DNA of 53,505 bases. Source: Priapulus caudatus (Eukaryota). A program made the translations under genes and the position numbers. A model generated the notes under the pieces. The model made no database searches, was not told the origin of the DNA, and worked only from the letters and a program-made list of their open reading frames with translations. The stretch lies in NCBI RefSeq assembly GCF_000485595.1, contig NW_014577084.1:373225-426729 (forward strand), written 5' to 3'. Shown here in pieces: positions 36,610 through 49,359 of the stretch. Each line of letters starts with the position of its first letter. The stretch's first letter is position 1.

Positions 36610-39600
36610 CCTATAGTGTGCTTATCCACTTGAGTCATCACTGTTGATGAACCGCTGCAACTGCCCAACTTTTGAGTATTCAACTCTTGCCAGTTAGTCA
36701 ACAGTGATTTTCCTTCACTATTATGAGGCACTACGCTTGGTAGTGTCGTCACCGCAACAGGGGGTGTAGCCGAGAGGTGTTCCGTACTAACTTGACGAGC
36801 GTTTACAGCTTTTACCACGTCTAGCCTCTTCACACCACCGGCGTTTGCCCGCAGCGTAGCTGAGAATGCTTTACTGCACGTCGTGTTAGAGCCAGCCCCG
36901 TCGTCCTGTTCGCTTCTAGCCTCTGCGTTGTGCCGCTTTCTTGTCGTCTTGCAGCTGCTGCTGCTAGCGCCGCCGCTGCTCAGCCTGCGTGCCGCTCTGC
37001 CGCATGCGTGGCCCTCCTGACTCAAGCATTGCTTCACGTTTCGGCAGAGCACCTCTATTTCGTCTTCCGTCGGCGTCTTATCCGGGCTGTGCTGCGAACG
37101 AGCGGACGATGGAGGCTGCAGCATGTTATCGGGGCTGCACTGCGAGGACGAGACAGCCTGCGACGTTTGCGCGCGCGGCGGCTCGTCGAACGTGACCGTC
37201 TTCTTGCCGGCCGCCACCGCGGAGCTCGCTCTGCTCAGCCGGCCGCGCATCACCTCGATACTGTTGCGGTGCGCGATCGCCAGAGGGCGCCGCGGCGTGC
37301 TCGTCGCCGCCATCCGCGCGTCGAAGCTGGTGTCGGCCGCGTCTGCGCGGAAGGTCACCGCCGGCGCCGACGTCACTCTCTCTGGCCTCGCGTCTGCACG
37401 CTGCGGCTGCGCGGCTATGACCCTCGCTGGCTCGGCTGCCGTCGGCCTCAGCTGTGCTCTTGGAGAGTTTGCGATCGTTTGGCGATGTCTCTTGGGCTTT
37501 CGTGGGCTGCTTGCGGGTCGCCGTCTCAGTACGATTCCGGCGTACTTGCGTCCGTACGTGCTCTCGCGAGCCGCGTGTTTCGCCATCGTCGGTGACGCCC
37601 GACCAGCCACGAGGCTGTCGAGGCTGTCCAGGCTATCCACGCTTCCTCTTCGCTTTGCATCCAGCTTGCTTTGACGTTTCTTTCTGGCCGACTTAGCATC
37701 CCTGCGCACCATCGCCCTCGGCGGTACCTCGTGCGTGACGTTGTCTTGGAACAGCGACAACAGTCTGCTCTCTGAATTGCTGGCGGCCTGGATGTTTTGG
37801 CCTGGAGTCGATGCAGGCAAACGCGGCTGGTCTGTTCTAGCGGCAGCCGGGTCGATCAGGTCATGATGGCTCTCCTGATGCTGGTACTCCGATGCCTGCG
37901 GGACTGCCCCTGCTCCGTGGCGGTGCTGAAGCTGTGCATCTGCCTCCTCTCTCAGGAAACGTTGTTGGTGCTGTACGTCAGATCCGTGTGGTTTGGCCAC
38001 ATGCTGGTGCTGTGGGTGCTGTATATCAGAGCCGTGTGGTTTGGCCACATGCTGGTGCTGTGGGTGCTGTATATCAGAGCCGTGTGGTTTGGCCACATGC
38101 TGGTGCTGAGGGTGCTGTATATCAGAGCCGTGTGGTTTGGCCACATGCTGGTGCTGTGGGTGCTGTATATCGGATCCGTGTGGTTTGCCCGCTAGTTGGT
38201 GTTGGTGATTCTGTACATGTGCTTCATGTGGCGCCCTCGCACGGTGACGTTCGTCACCGATTAGATTATCCGTTGACGGCTTCTTTCTCGGTGACAAACT
38301 TTTGCTTTTCATTACATGTCCTCTCACTCGGGTACGCTGCTCAACCTGTGCTAAGGGCTCTCTTGTCCGGTTACCTGGTAAGGAGTCACTACTTGCTGCT
38401 TGAAGATAGCTAACACCACGACCTTCTTTAACAAACGTTGAAGATAGAACATCGGCGTCCATGGTGTCGGCAGCCGAGGCCATTTTCTTTTCTTTTGTAT
38501 TTGTCGCATGTTTTGGAGCACCATGCTGCAGCCTGGTAGAGACTTTGGGTTGCAGCTGTTGTCTTCCTGAATGAGCTAATTCGGCTACCTCCTCTTGCAG
38601 GGCACAGCGTTTCTCTACAGGTAGTAGCACCTCACTTTGTCCTATAATAGACTGAACCTCATGACCGCCCATTACTTCTTTGTTTCTGTCATTTTTCCTG
38701 GCAACATTTTTATGCGCCTTCTCAACGCTGCCGTTGGGATGTTGATCGTTCATGTCTAACATCAGTGCGCACGTTGTCGCGCTGCTGGCTGTTGGTGATC
38801 TCTGCAGTTTCGACGACTCTGAGTGCAGCCTTGGCGTATTTTTGTACAGTCGCTCGAACACATCATCCACGTCGATGCACACGGTCCCATTTTCCTTGCA
38901 AGCGTGCCAAGCAGCCCTCTCTGCAGTCTCGTCACCCTCCTGCTCTCTCGCTTGCTTTCCCTCGTGCTCTCTGTGCTCATGCCTGAATAAGAGTTCGGCA
39001 TCGCTCCGTGGTGTAGAGGTTTGCCGGCAAGCGATCCCACCAACTGCGTGATTCGCATGTTCGGTCGATTGTGTAGGCTTCAGCTTCTTGCTTAATCTGC
39101 GTCTCGCACGCTCACAACGCTTATCAGAGTTGATATTGCCATGTCTCTGCGTGGTTGTTGTCCCATGCTCCGACTGAATCTGTGAGTCTTCAGTGTTGCT
39201 ATGCCTCTGCAATGCTGTTGTACCAGGTTGTGACTGCATTTGTGAGTCTCCAGCCTCATTAGATCTCTGTACAATCGCTTTCTCGTGCTGTGACTGTGTC
39301 CTTGACCCTTCACTGTCACTATGTCTCTGCAACGTTGTTTTCCCAGGCTGTGACTGTGTCCGTGACCCTTCACTGTCACTATGTCTCTGCAATTTTGTTT
39401 TCCCAGGCTGTGACTGTGTCCGTGACCCTTCACTGTCACTATGTCTCTGCAATGTTGTTTTTCTATGCTGTGACTGTGTCCGTGACCCTTCACTGTCACT
39501 ATGTCTCTGCAATGTTGTTTTCCTATGCGGTGACTGTGTCCGTGACCCTTCACTGTCACTATGTTTCTGCAATGTTGTTTTTCTATGCTGTGACTGTGTC

Positions 39601-40346
39601 CGTGACCCTTCACTGTCACTATGTCTCTGCAATGTTGTTTTCCTATGCGGTGACTGTGTCCGTGACCCTTCACTGTCACTATGTCTCTGCAATGTTGTTT
39701 TTCTATGCTGTGACTGTGTCCGTGACCCTTCACTGCCCTTTAGACGTGGAGGGGTTGTTGTCTCTAAGTGACATTCCTGAAGGGAGACACTCCTGTCAAA
39801 GTTGCCCGTCACAACCTCTAGGTGGCGTTTTTCCTCACTGTGTGAGCGTTGAAGCATGCGGGCATCTGCTAGCAATGCAGAAGTTCTGGCCCTCCTCGTA
39901 GATTTGGCGGGAGCATTGTCCTCTTGGAGGTTCTCGTGGCTACCTCCACTGCTCGATATGACTTGTCTTGCTTTGCCCCTGTGTCTCTTCTTCTCTCTAC
40001 GTTCTTTCCCATCCGGCTGCCATTTCTCGTCAAGTCCAGACACTTCCGAAGAGTGAGACTGTCCGCTGACTGTGCTTGTAACTTGTTCACCAGATACAGT
40101 GCTACTCGCTGGCTGTAACACATTGGGAAAGCCACCACCTGTCTGCTTTATTCCATCAATGCAGGCACTGTCATTGTTCTTATTCGAGTGCGTTTCCCCT
40201 GAAGCAAACTCCCATGTGACCTTGGAATCCTGGCATTGGTCGTGGGTTTCCTTTACGGCTGTCTTCTTTCCTTCTGAAAGGCCAACACATTTTTTCATTG
40301 ATCTATCTAACTCTACAAATGTGAAGAGTATACGCATTTCATCCTT
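36610..40346 (-). CDS. CEP126: CEP126-like giant central exon (~1245 aa, low complexity, tandem repeats)
   Basis: 1250-codon ORF. Contains DKTPTEDEIEVLCRNVKQCL, resembling the recalled CEP126 motif TPTDEEIxxLWxxVRxAL. Donor GG|gtgcgt (phase 2) fits the next exon. Acceptor uncertain (about 40346-40372). Confidence 0.8.
37960..38195 (-). repeat. 48-bp coding tandem repeat (AKPHGSDIQHPQHQHV), ~5 copies
   Basis: Visible in both DNA and translation. Confidence 0.92.
39170..39735 (-). repeat. 60-bp coding tandem repeat (SEGSRTQSQHRKTTLQRHSD), ~8 near-perfect plus ~2 degenerate copies
   Basis: Successive 60-nt lines at 39301-39720 are nearly identical. Confidence 0.95.
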
Positions 40347-40466
40347 CTGCAATACTTTAGCATTTGTGTAGCTTGCAAATATACATGGTGTCTTAGTTAA
40401 TTGCGGGAGCTTTCATCTCATTATAAAAAATTATATCAAGCCAGGAGTATGTGTGCTATAAGTGCA

Positions 40467-40670
40467 GCTCATAGGGTACATGTCCCCCAGGGTACTGCCG
40501 GAACGTACCCTGGTCACTATTTGATATGGTTAGGGTTAGGATTAGGGTTAGGGAGTAGGCGTAGGCTACTCCCTAGACTCGTTAGTGGAGTAGGCGAGGT
40601 ACGGTCCGGCATATTAGATAGTACCAGGGTACGTTCCGGCAGTACCCCAGGGGACATAGACCCTCTCAGC
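40467..40670. mobile_element. Mutator-like MITE, copy 2, perfect 9-bp TSD
   Basis: ATAAGTGCA|GCTCATAGGGT...ACCCTCTCAGC|ATAAGTGCA; intronic in the CEP126-like gene. Confidence 0.92.
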
Positions 40671-40875
40671 ATAAGTGCAGCATAACAATTAAAAAAATTA
40701 TTCTATTTGGTCATATTGTTACATTATGAATGTAGATAGCATTGGTTGCTTCCATGCTCATACAAATACTCGTGTCTTGCAACATTGTCCGAAATTCTTT
40801 TCATAGTAACTAATACTAACTATACATAGTGCAGCAACTAGCAATGGAAATTTGTCAGCGACAACTCTCATTTAC

Positions 40876-40940
40876 CCGATCACCATGACCTCTAGATGTG
40901 TTTAATATCTGCATGTACTTCTCACTTCTCATAGTGTCAC
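40876..40940 (-). CDS. CEP126: Possible small CEP126-like exon (G)DTMRSEKYMQILNTSRGHGDR
   Basis: Good donor CGG|gtaaat, and the phases would bridge the 41041 GC donor to the 40346 acceptor. The acceptor itself (ttgagag) is weak. Confidence 0.3.
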
Positions 40941-41040
40941 CTCTCAACACACCACAGTTACAGTATACAGACCTCTCAGAGTTTCAAGCAACGCATATAC
41001 ATGTACAAGCTAATATTAGGACTAATGTAGATATACGTGC

Positions 41041-41225
41041 CTGTATGTCCTCGACCCCTGCTGTGTTTCTGGAGAGACTTATTTGAAGACAGCCCAAGCT
41101 GCTTGATCGGCTTTCTTAGAAATCGCTCGGCTGCATCTTGTATCCGACGCTTTCTCTCTTCGAGAATCACTTCTACGTTGCGTGCTTCTTCCCTTTCCTT
41201 CTGCTGCTCCACAACTTCAAGCTCC
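41041..41225 (-). CDS. CEP126: CEP126-like N-terminal coiled-coil exon: ELEVVEQQKEREEARNVEVILEERKRRIQDAAERFLRKPIKQL...
   Basis: catacag| acceptor, phase 2. ILEERKRRIQDAAERFLR resembles recalled human ILQQRKQKFEEVTEKFQR. Donor uncertain (GC at 41040 or GT at 41036). Confidence 0.75.
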
Positions 41226-42049
41226 CTGTATGGGTAAAATAACAACAACAAACATTATAATATATAGAAGATATATGATGACAAATCTACAGCGCGAAGA
41301 CTATATACTTTACCTTGACCTCGTTAATTTGTACTCATTCATATTGATTTCAATGGGGGAGAATAGATCGTACCATCATTACACGACACATTCAATGTAT
41401 TATCGCTGTTGCTTTGCGCCAGCACATATGGCAGTGAGAAACGTTATAACTGCCGATGGGAATATATACCTGTATGTACAAAACCCTACAGGATTCTCTC
41501 TGAGTATAGCCGCTAGCGTTAATTAGTTAGGTAAGAGGCAGCCTATACCAATATTGGTGTGGCAAGCCGGAATCTCGACGACGCAGCGCTTGCAGTTACA
41601 ATTAGGTGCACCTCCTGAGGATCAGTATTGATCGCTACAAATGTGGCAGAACAGGCTCACCTGCATGATGCGTGCTGCTGTACACCTACCTGAACTTGGT
41701 CATATATGCTACTCCTGTATGTGCCCCTAGGTATTATAGCGTATTGCGTTTGGCACATGGAAAACTACTTGGATAACCATATATGTGAGATAAATGATTC
41801 AAAAATCACATGTACTACACTCTTATTACTATACACGTCATTTTTCTTTGATTCATTAATTGACGCTTTCATTTCATAAATATCCTGCATTTATACGTCA
41901 AATTTATTGTTCCTAAAACAGTTTCATACACGTTGCTTTAGACACTGACAAACGGTCTCTAAATGTTGATCCATGTTTCTGATCATATATCTTCTTTGCA
42001 CTGTTGCCATGGATATTTCTTCTTGGCCAATCGCTGCCATATCGTAAGA

Positions 42050-42345
42050 ACGAGAAGGGAATGGAGAGAGAGAGACGGGGAGAGAACGAGAGTGAGAGAG
42101 AGAGAGAGCGAGAGACGGAGGAGAGAGTGGAGAGAGCTATGGTGCAATCTATAGAGAGAGATGTTGGAGAGAGGGAGAGAAGGGGTAAGAGGGAGGAGAT
42201 AGGGAGACTTTGAGGGATGGATGAAGGGAGAGAAAAAGAGTGGGAAAGAGAGTCAGACATACAGAAGGAGAATGAGGGTGAGAAGGGGGGAGAGAGAAAG
42301 AGAGCGAGAATGGAGGGAGAGAGAGCGGAGGATAGAGAGAGAAAC
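42050..42345. repeat. GA-rich low-complexity intronic tract
   Basis: Directly visible. Confidence 0.85.
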
Positions 42346-42422
42346 TGCATGTAGGGATGCGACAGCAAGAAAGCCTATGCGACAAATACAACAATGCAGT
42401 GAATAAATATATAACACCGTAC

Positions 42423-42598
42423 CTCTGTCTACGCAGTGTGTCCCTGTGCATAGCCTGGTGTTTTAGTAAGTTGTTAGCCCGTTCCACGTTGTGTTTCACC
42501 ATCAACTCACGTAGCTTGGCATCCACTAGCTCTCTTAGCTCCGCAGGTGATGCTATCTCACTGACCATCTTCCCATTCAGTATCTGGATCCGCATTAA
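42423..42598 (-). CDS. CEP126: CEP126-like first recognisable coding exon (MRIQILNGKMVSEIASPAELRELVDAKLRELMVKHNVERANNLLKHQAMHRDTLRRQR)
   Basis: ATG at 42595 and AG|gtacgg donor (phase 2) matching the next exon; helical character. Upstream exons are possible. Confidence 0.7.
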
Positions 42599-42857
42599 CT
42601 AGTTCATACAGACATGTTGTTAGTTTTCGCTTCAGCCATGTGTATGCAAAGGCATAGATAATGCTCACATTTCGTACCCCGTGCCTGCACACAGCCGTCT
42701 CCTAGAGTCAGATTGTAGAAATGCGCGCAACGTTGCAGATAGGTTTAGGTAGTTTGAGTACCACAAGTGCGGGTTATCGCGTATTACAATTATCATCACA
42801 TAATGTAAAGACCACGTGAATATATTTATGTATATATATATATATGTGTGTGTGTGC

Positions 42858-42917
<60 letters not shown>

Positions 42918-45037
42918 TATATACACATGTATATACATATTCAATGTAGGTACAGCCACGATATGAAACCTGCGTTAGCCTATCTAGCCTCTTGCAAATG
43001 ATGTTTCAATCCCAGTGTGATATTACAATGCACTAGCCTCAGATCGTAATAATAGGACAAATCAATACCGCAATTCCTAGCTGCTTAGTGGCCGTAATTC
43101 AGGTTACTGTGTGTATGCACTTCAATTTTTATTATAAATATATATACTATAAATTAAAATCTTATCATTTAAACATTTATGATTCTAAACACTGTATATA
43201 TGTAAAGTTAATTCCATACCACGCTACTAATATGGTATGAATTAACATGTTTTGCACAAGGCACATATACGTGTTCAACAAGTAATCAAATCAACAATAC
43301 AAATTATCAAGATTTGAATTATGAATTTATGGTCAACAAATATGAAACACTTACACTGTGTTAGCAGCTCTGGTAAGTAATTACTTGTCTAGAACCTTCG
43401 GTACCTTCTCTCGTGCTCGCCTGTTTCCAACATCCACCTCAGATGCCTTCTGTCATCCCCGTTCCGCCCGCAACTATGAACCAGAAACCAGGACTGCGCA
43501 TCCTTTGCACAGCTGCATATTTTACCTTTGTCCTAAGGCTATGCCTCCCATCTGCCACTGAAACCAGCTACTACGACTATACTATCATTGTATCACTACG
43601 CTTATTATTGATTGTGAATTAGGGTAGCAGTGATAACGCAGCCTCTCATCTTGCAGTGCTGCGCACATTTCATGCGCTTGTGCATGTCTACCAATGTTTC
43701 ACATCCAAACGTAAACACGTGAGGTATATATTGAAATCTAGATATTTATATCACATTTTTTATGGTTTATATATTTCCCATTATTGCAAAGGGGAGCTGT
43801 CTGTTCTTCGTTCTAATTGTGCTGTATTTACAGGGACAGTGCTGAATGAACAGAATGAAAGGTTATTTGTATCCTCAGTAAACTCTCTATTAGTAACAGT
43901 ATATTATAAAGTAGTTTTACCATGAAACATATTCGTAGAATATTTTATAGATATATTCTAAGTAATACTAACTCTTTAGTAGTGTACCTGAAAACTTAAC
44001 TAGATGGCACGACTTAGTACGTTGTCATATATATATGTGATGAGCACAACCTTGAAAGTAGTGATATATACATTGCAAAGTTGAATATATAGGTATTCTA
44101 GTAATTATTATGTTAATTATTTTGTTATCAAAGACATCATGAGAAGATTAGATTTTAGGCAAAATTTCGGGTTCTGCAAATTATTATAGGAACACATTTT
44201 TGTGCATATCAAAATCTTTTTGTCATCAATCTGCTGTGTGGCCATTGACTGGGTACAGGGCATGGATTATATCAGGAGTGAATAATATAATCTCTATTAT
44301 TCACTCCTGAGTATGTCATTATAAGTTAAACAGTGACGTCGTGTTTATGAGAATTAATAGTTATGTTACAGCCAGACAGGACTTTCTTGACAAGGTACTA
44401 TGAGCTGATGTGGTGAGATCCACAATTGAATATGAAATTAAAGATCAAAATATCAAAACGGAAAGACTTTCTTATTAAGAATACACTCAAGGTTTAATGC
44501 GAAATTTCATTGATTTTTCATTTTCAGTATTATTCAATGGCTAACACCAGGTGCCACCTCTGTACACGCTTATTCTCCATGATATAATTTATATAAAGGT
44601 AAGGGAGAGCTCTATCAGAGGGTGTGGCTTGCTCACGTACGTGTGCAGTGAGCCGTGGCCTCAGACATTTACTGATGACATCAGAGACATGATACAACCA
44701 GCCTGTTCATGGTATTCGTTATGCCTGAATCTATTAGCCTCAAGATGATCGAGCCTGCATGATCGGGTCGCCCCCAAGCCAAGGTCGCAGACCGAGTGAT
44801 AGTGATCACTGATGTGTTACTGAATGTGTATAGAGCATATATATGATATGTGTATATTATCAGATAAGTGTATAATACAGAATATAGATATAGAATATAG
44901 ATCTATATAATATACACTCCTGATATTATGATTATATTCTCTGTGTGCCGTGACGGACTACTACTAGTACTACTGAGCAAGGTTTGCTACTGAGTAGTAG
45001 TAGTAGTAGTAGGCCTACTAGTAGTAGTAGTACTACT

Positions 45038-45289
45038 GCTCATAGTCATATAGGGTCTATGTCCCCCAGGGTACTGCCGGAACGTACCCTGGGTACGGTC
45101 CGGTATACCGGAACGTACCCTGGTAACTATCTGATATGGTTAAGGTTAGGGTTATGGAGTAGGCGTAGGCGACTCCCTAGACTTGTTAGTGGAGTAGGCG
45201 AGGTACGGTCCGGCATATTAGATAGTACCAGGGTACGTTCCGGCAGTACCCTGGCCTGGGGGACATAGTCATAGACCCTCAGTCTCAGC
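45038..45289. mobile_element. Mutator-like MITE, copy 3, carrying several micro-duplications
   Basis: Same TIRs and TTAGGG-like interior as copies 1 and 2; TSD not recognisable. Confidence 0.85.
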
Positions 45290-45320
45290 AGTAGCCAGTA
45301 CTCAGTAGTAAGTAGTGACA

Positions 45321-45408
45321 TAGCTCTAGTACTATAGCCCGCGTACAGTTGCAGCTGGCCAGCGGCAGTTAATGTAAGCGGGCTATAGTACTAGTACTAC
45401 TAGAGCTA
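45321..45408. repeat. Short inverted-repeat element
   Basis: CTAGTACTATAGCCCGC(G)TACA ... TGTA(A)GCGGGCTATAGTACTAG. Confidence 0.7.
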
Positions 45409-45684
45409 GTAGTGACAGTACTGTCAGTAGTCAGTACAGTAGTCAGTAGTGACTGTCAGTGTCAGTACTACTAGTACTACTATACTCGCTGCGACATTTT
45501 GATTTTTGTCTCGGTATGCATTAACTTACTTTTATACCGGTAAGGTGTATTTTCACCACTATTGTATGCTGGTTGAAAACAGAATTCAACAGCCTGGAGA
45601 AACATAACGAAGATGGAATCAACTCCGATTTGTGTGGATCGGTGAAAATTCATGTACGTCTGCAACCTGCGACAAACATCGGCT

Positions 45685-45700
45685 ACAGCGCCATCTTGTG
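45685..45700 (-). promoter_or_regulatory. YY1-like motif CAAGATGGCGC; possible promoter of the CEP126-like gene
   Basis: Motif match and position upstream of the gene only. Confidence 0.2.
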
Positions 45701-46081
45701 ATAAAGTATGTTACAAATAAAATGTGCGCAATTTATAGGGGGTTACGGCAATTTGTGCCTATCATTATTCAAAAATTAATATATATACATATATATATAT
45801 ATATCATTCAATGCATTTTTGTATGCCAAGCATAATTTTATTAATGTCACAAGGAAATATATTTCAAGTAAACATAATATTTTTCTTATTTACATTAGAA
45901 GTTTATAAAACTTATAGGCCTACCTGGCGATCACCGCGTTTGCCCTTGTACATGACCACGCGCAATATTTCCACTCATAAATACACCACGTACTGTTCTA
46001 GTAATAACTGTTAAACTTGCAGCAAGGCTATGGCAATAACAAAAGATATTACAAACGCAGCCTGTTCAGGTATGCATGCAC

Positions 46082-46082
<1 letters not shown>

Positions 46083-46153
<71 letters not shown>

Positions 46154-46550
46154 NNNNNNNNNNNNNNNNNNNNNNNNNGGGGGGGCCTCTCGGAATATAA
46201 TTCGCAGACTGGTGAAAATGGGTGCTCTCTGACACTATATGTTTGATTGAATCTGTTTTCTTCTTTTTTTTTTTCTCTGGTATGCTCTGGAACCGGCTAT
46301 GTTCGATAATGGGCCGAGTCTCCGGACACTTAGCTAGGATTTCGTTTGAAATTTCTCAATGCTATGAAAACTGGAACACGTCTTAAAGAGGGCGGGTTCC
46401 GGGAAACTGATGGGGGTAACGAGTGCGATTTGCTTCGTTAAAATCGATGGTGTAGCCACTTGAACCGATAATTGATCTGTTATTATGTAGTAGGAGAGAT
46501 AAACATGACCGTCGAGGGAGAGCATATGAACGCACGCACACACACCACAC

Positions 46551-46593
<43 letters not shown>

Positions 46594-47045
46594 CACACAC
46601 ACACACCCACGCGCTGCGCGGCGCGTGCGCATACCACACACCTAACTAAACTTAGGACAGAGGTCACTCAGCGGGAGAGGAGCATCGTCCGGCCAGCGAA
46701 TACGCATACGCATACGACTCCTACCGAACACACGAATACCACGATATACGCCGCCCGTACGATGTCATGCTCGCTCGCGCTCAGTCAGCAGCAGACTGGC
46801 TTTGTGGCTGGCTCGCTCGCTGACGTGCTAATATCGATCGACGTTCACAACACATTCACGACACAACAGCACACACACCACACACACACAACCGCATCAC
46901 ACACACACACAGCACACACACCACACACCAGCACAACACAACACAAACACATTACACACACACACACAATACGCACACAACAACAGCAACACAACGACAC
47001 CACACACACCAACAACACAACCAGTCACACACACACACACCTTTC
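46083..47045. repeat. AT/GT and CA microsatellites around a 25-N gap (46154-46178)
   Basis: Directly visible; the CA tracts at 46530-47040 are noisy. Confidence 0.8.
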
Positions 47046-47729
47046 GCACACTACACGCTATGTTAGCACGAACGCACAGACCACGATCACAATAACCTCC
47101 CCGTCTCCGTGCGGCCGGAGGTTGCGTCTCACGGCTTAATCAAGATGGTCTATTTCATGTAAGTGTGGTCTTCCGTATTATATTTTTATTACGAGGCGGT
47201 TCCGTCTGTGACGTTCGCTATAGCGTGTGTAATTATTAATTTATAGTTGTTAAACACCCTTCAAAGGATATGGTATCCCTTTCCGCCGTGGAAACAGCAT
47301 CATTCGCACAATTTTGAGTGGTCCGCCAAACTTGGGACCTCACCAAGGAGACATACACACTCATTGACATCGCATATCATCAAATTAAGCAAGGTTTTAT
47401 ATATGGACTTGAATTTCGATACACTTACATTTTTCGATTTTTCGAATTAAAGTTGGATCCGCTTGTAGGTACTACATCAATCATTTTTATGGCGATCCCT
47501 TTATTTGCTAGACATTTCTTTTCTTTCTTTTACCTTTGGTCTTGCTAAATGCCATGGCGGGGTGGGGTGACCCCCCACTCCCAATCCTATCATTTGCAAC
47601 GGATTGTGCAAGGATAGTTTTCTTTTTTTTTTGTTTTCTTCTTTTCCTTTTTTTCTCTTTTTCTTTTTTCCTTTTTTTTTATTTCTTTTCTTTTTTTTTT
47701 CTTCTTCTTTCCTTTTCTTCAAATGTAGT

Positions 47730-48640
47730 TGGTGGCTGGCGACAGCGCCTCCTGGCCCCCCTTGTGGCGACCTTGCCCCCCCCCCCCCCCCCCCCCGCCC
47801 ATTGCCTCACGTAACTTTTTCGCCGCGGCCTGCATCTGCCAAAACTATTAGTTTGTTCGACAACATACGTTAGAAGTCATTGTATACTCACGATAATTTG
47901 ATAGCTTAGAAATTCTAAGCTTAGGCCTGTCATATAGCGTTAGCCATTTGGACTGTGCATTGTAGAGTATTGTGGTTGTAGTATTTTGAGAAGAATATTG
48001 AGAAAATACCAGTAAATGCATTAAAGTTCCGATAAATAAATGTACCGATAATTTAAATGAGCAGTACGAACATTATCGGCCTATCAGTGATTTTTATCCT
48101 ACATCGCTTGCTCTCCTCTTATTGTTCCAAACTCCAACGTAAAACATATTCCTTCATTTCATATAGTTGTTGTAAAATTGTCTCTTAATGTGTTCAATAG
48201 TTAGACCAGTTGAAATGGAGCCCTAATCTCTTATGGTTGTTTATTTATGATGATTATTTTATTAGGCTTTTATATTAAGTATTCTTCCAAAATCTAGTCT
48301 GGTGAGGCAGCTCTCTGTGTTTCAAGCGATATAACCCCATTCAGGGGCGTAGCTTATAGCGTGAAATGGATGTGTACGCACAGAGCGGGGTGGTCTGGGG
48401 GTTCCTCCCGAAAATTGTCGAAAAAATGTAAGATTAGGCAGAGATGGTTATTTGAGGCCTTTGGCTAAGTAAATGCTAAGCCTTCATTCTGCTACGACAA
48501 ATTTTATATTTTTAGTAGAACATATTATCTTCATGAGCAATCAGATGTTGATCACTAAATCACTATAACTAATATGTTAATTTTTTCGTTTTATTATTCA
48601 AGACAGTTTAATAACGCAATATCTTAACTCTCTTCTTCTT
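47730..48640 (+). repeat. Noisy duplicate of 49930-50750
   Basis: Colinear: GCATCTGCCAAAACTATTAG, GAGAAATACCAGTAAATGCA, CAGGGGCGTAGC, GATCACTAAA. Confidence 0.85.
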
Positions 48641-48652
48641 CTCTCTTGCTCG

Positions 48653-48689
<37 letters not shown>

Positions 48690-48744
48690 GCTCTCTCTCT
48701 CTCTTCTCTCTCTCTTTCTTCTCTCTCTCTTCTATCGTCTCCTC

Positions 48745-48792
<48 letters not shown>

Positions 48793-48960
48793 ACTCTCTT
48801 CTCTCTCTCTCTCTCTCTCTCTTCTTCTTTCTCTTTTTATTCTGTTTCTGCTCTCTCTCTCTTCTCTCTTTTCTTTCTCTCTTCCTCTCTCTCTCTCTCT
48901 CTCTCTCTTGCATCTCGTCGACCTCTCTTCTCCTCTCCCTGTCATCTTCTCTCTCTCGCT
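48628..48960. repeat. (CT)n microsatellite
   Basis: Directly visible; other CT tracts at ~50745, 51335-51395 and 52515-52541. Confidence 0.9.
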
Positions 48961-49359
48961 CTGCAATAAATTTGTGTATGTGTGAAATGATATGTACGCA
49001 ACTGCGTATCTGCGTTATGATAGCTATTAAATATTAATTATTATTAAAATATATGCATTATTATTAACAAATATATGCCATTAAATATTAATTATTATAT
49101 GCATAACAATGACGACACTATATATGCCCAAAAGAGTGAAGCATAATCATTCGTGGTCGTGCAAGTTGCAACCAAGTTGGATAGGTTTCGGCGGTAGGCC
49201 TATGGGCAAGGAGGAGATAATTACCCTCTCAGTCTTGATATGAGAGCAATATTGAACTCTCAGCCTCACGAAAGAGGGAATTAATAATAAATAATATTCA
49301 CGTTTTATATGTAAGAACAATTAAGAGCGTGTATTATATATTATGCTCCGAGTCAAGCC

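Noticed and set aside
35374..39901. Cys-rich plus-strand ORFs (CDCVRDPSLSLCLC..., SALQRCLS...) resembling metallothioneins
   Set aside because: Antisense shadows of the coding tandem repeats in the CEP126-like exons.
40527..40552. TTAGGG repeats as a telomere or fusion site
   Set aside because: Only a few imperfect units, internal to a dispersed MITE.
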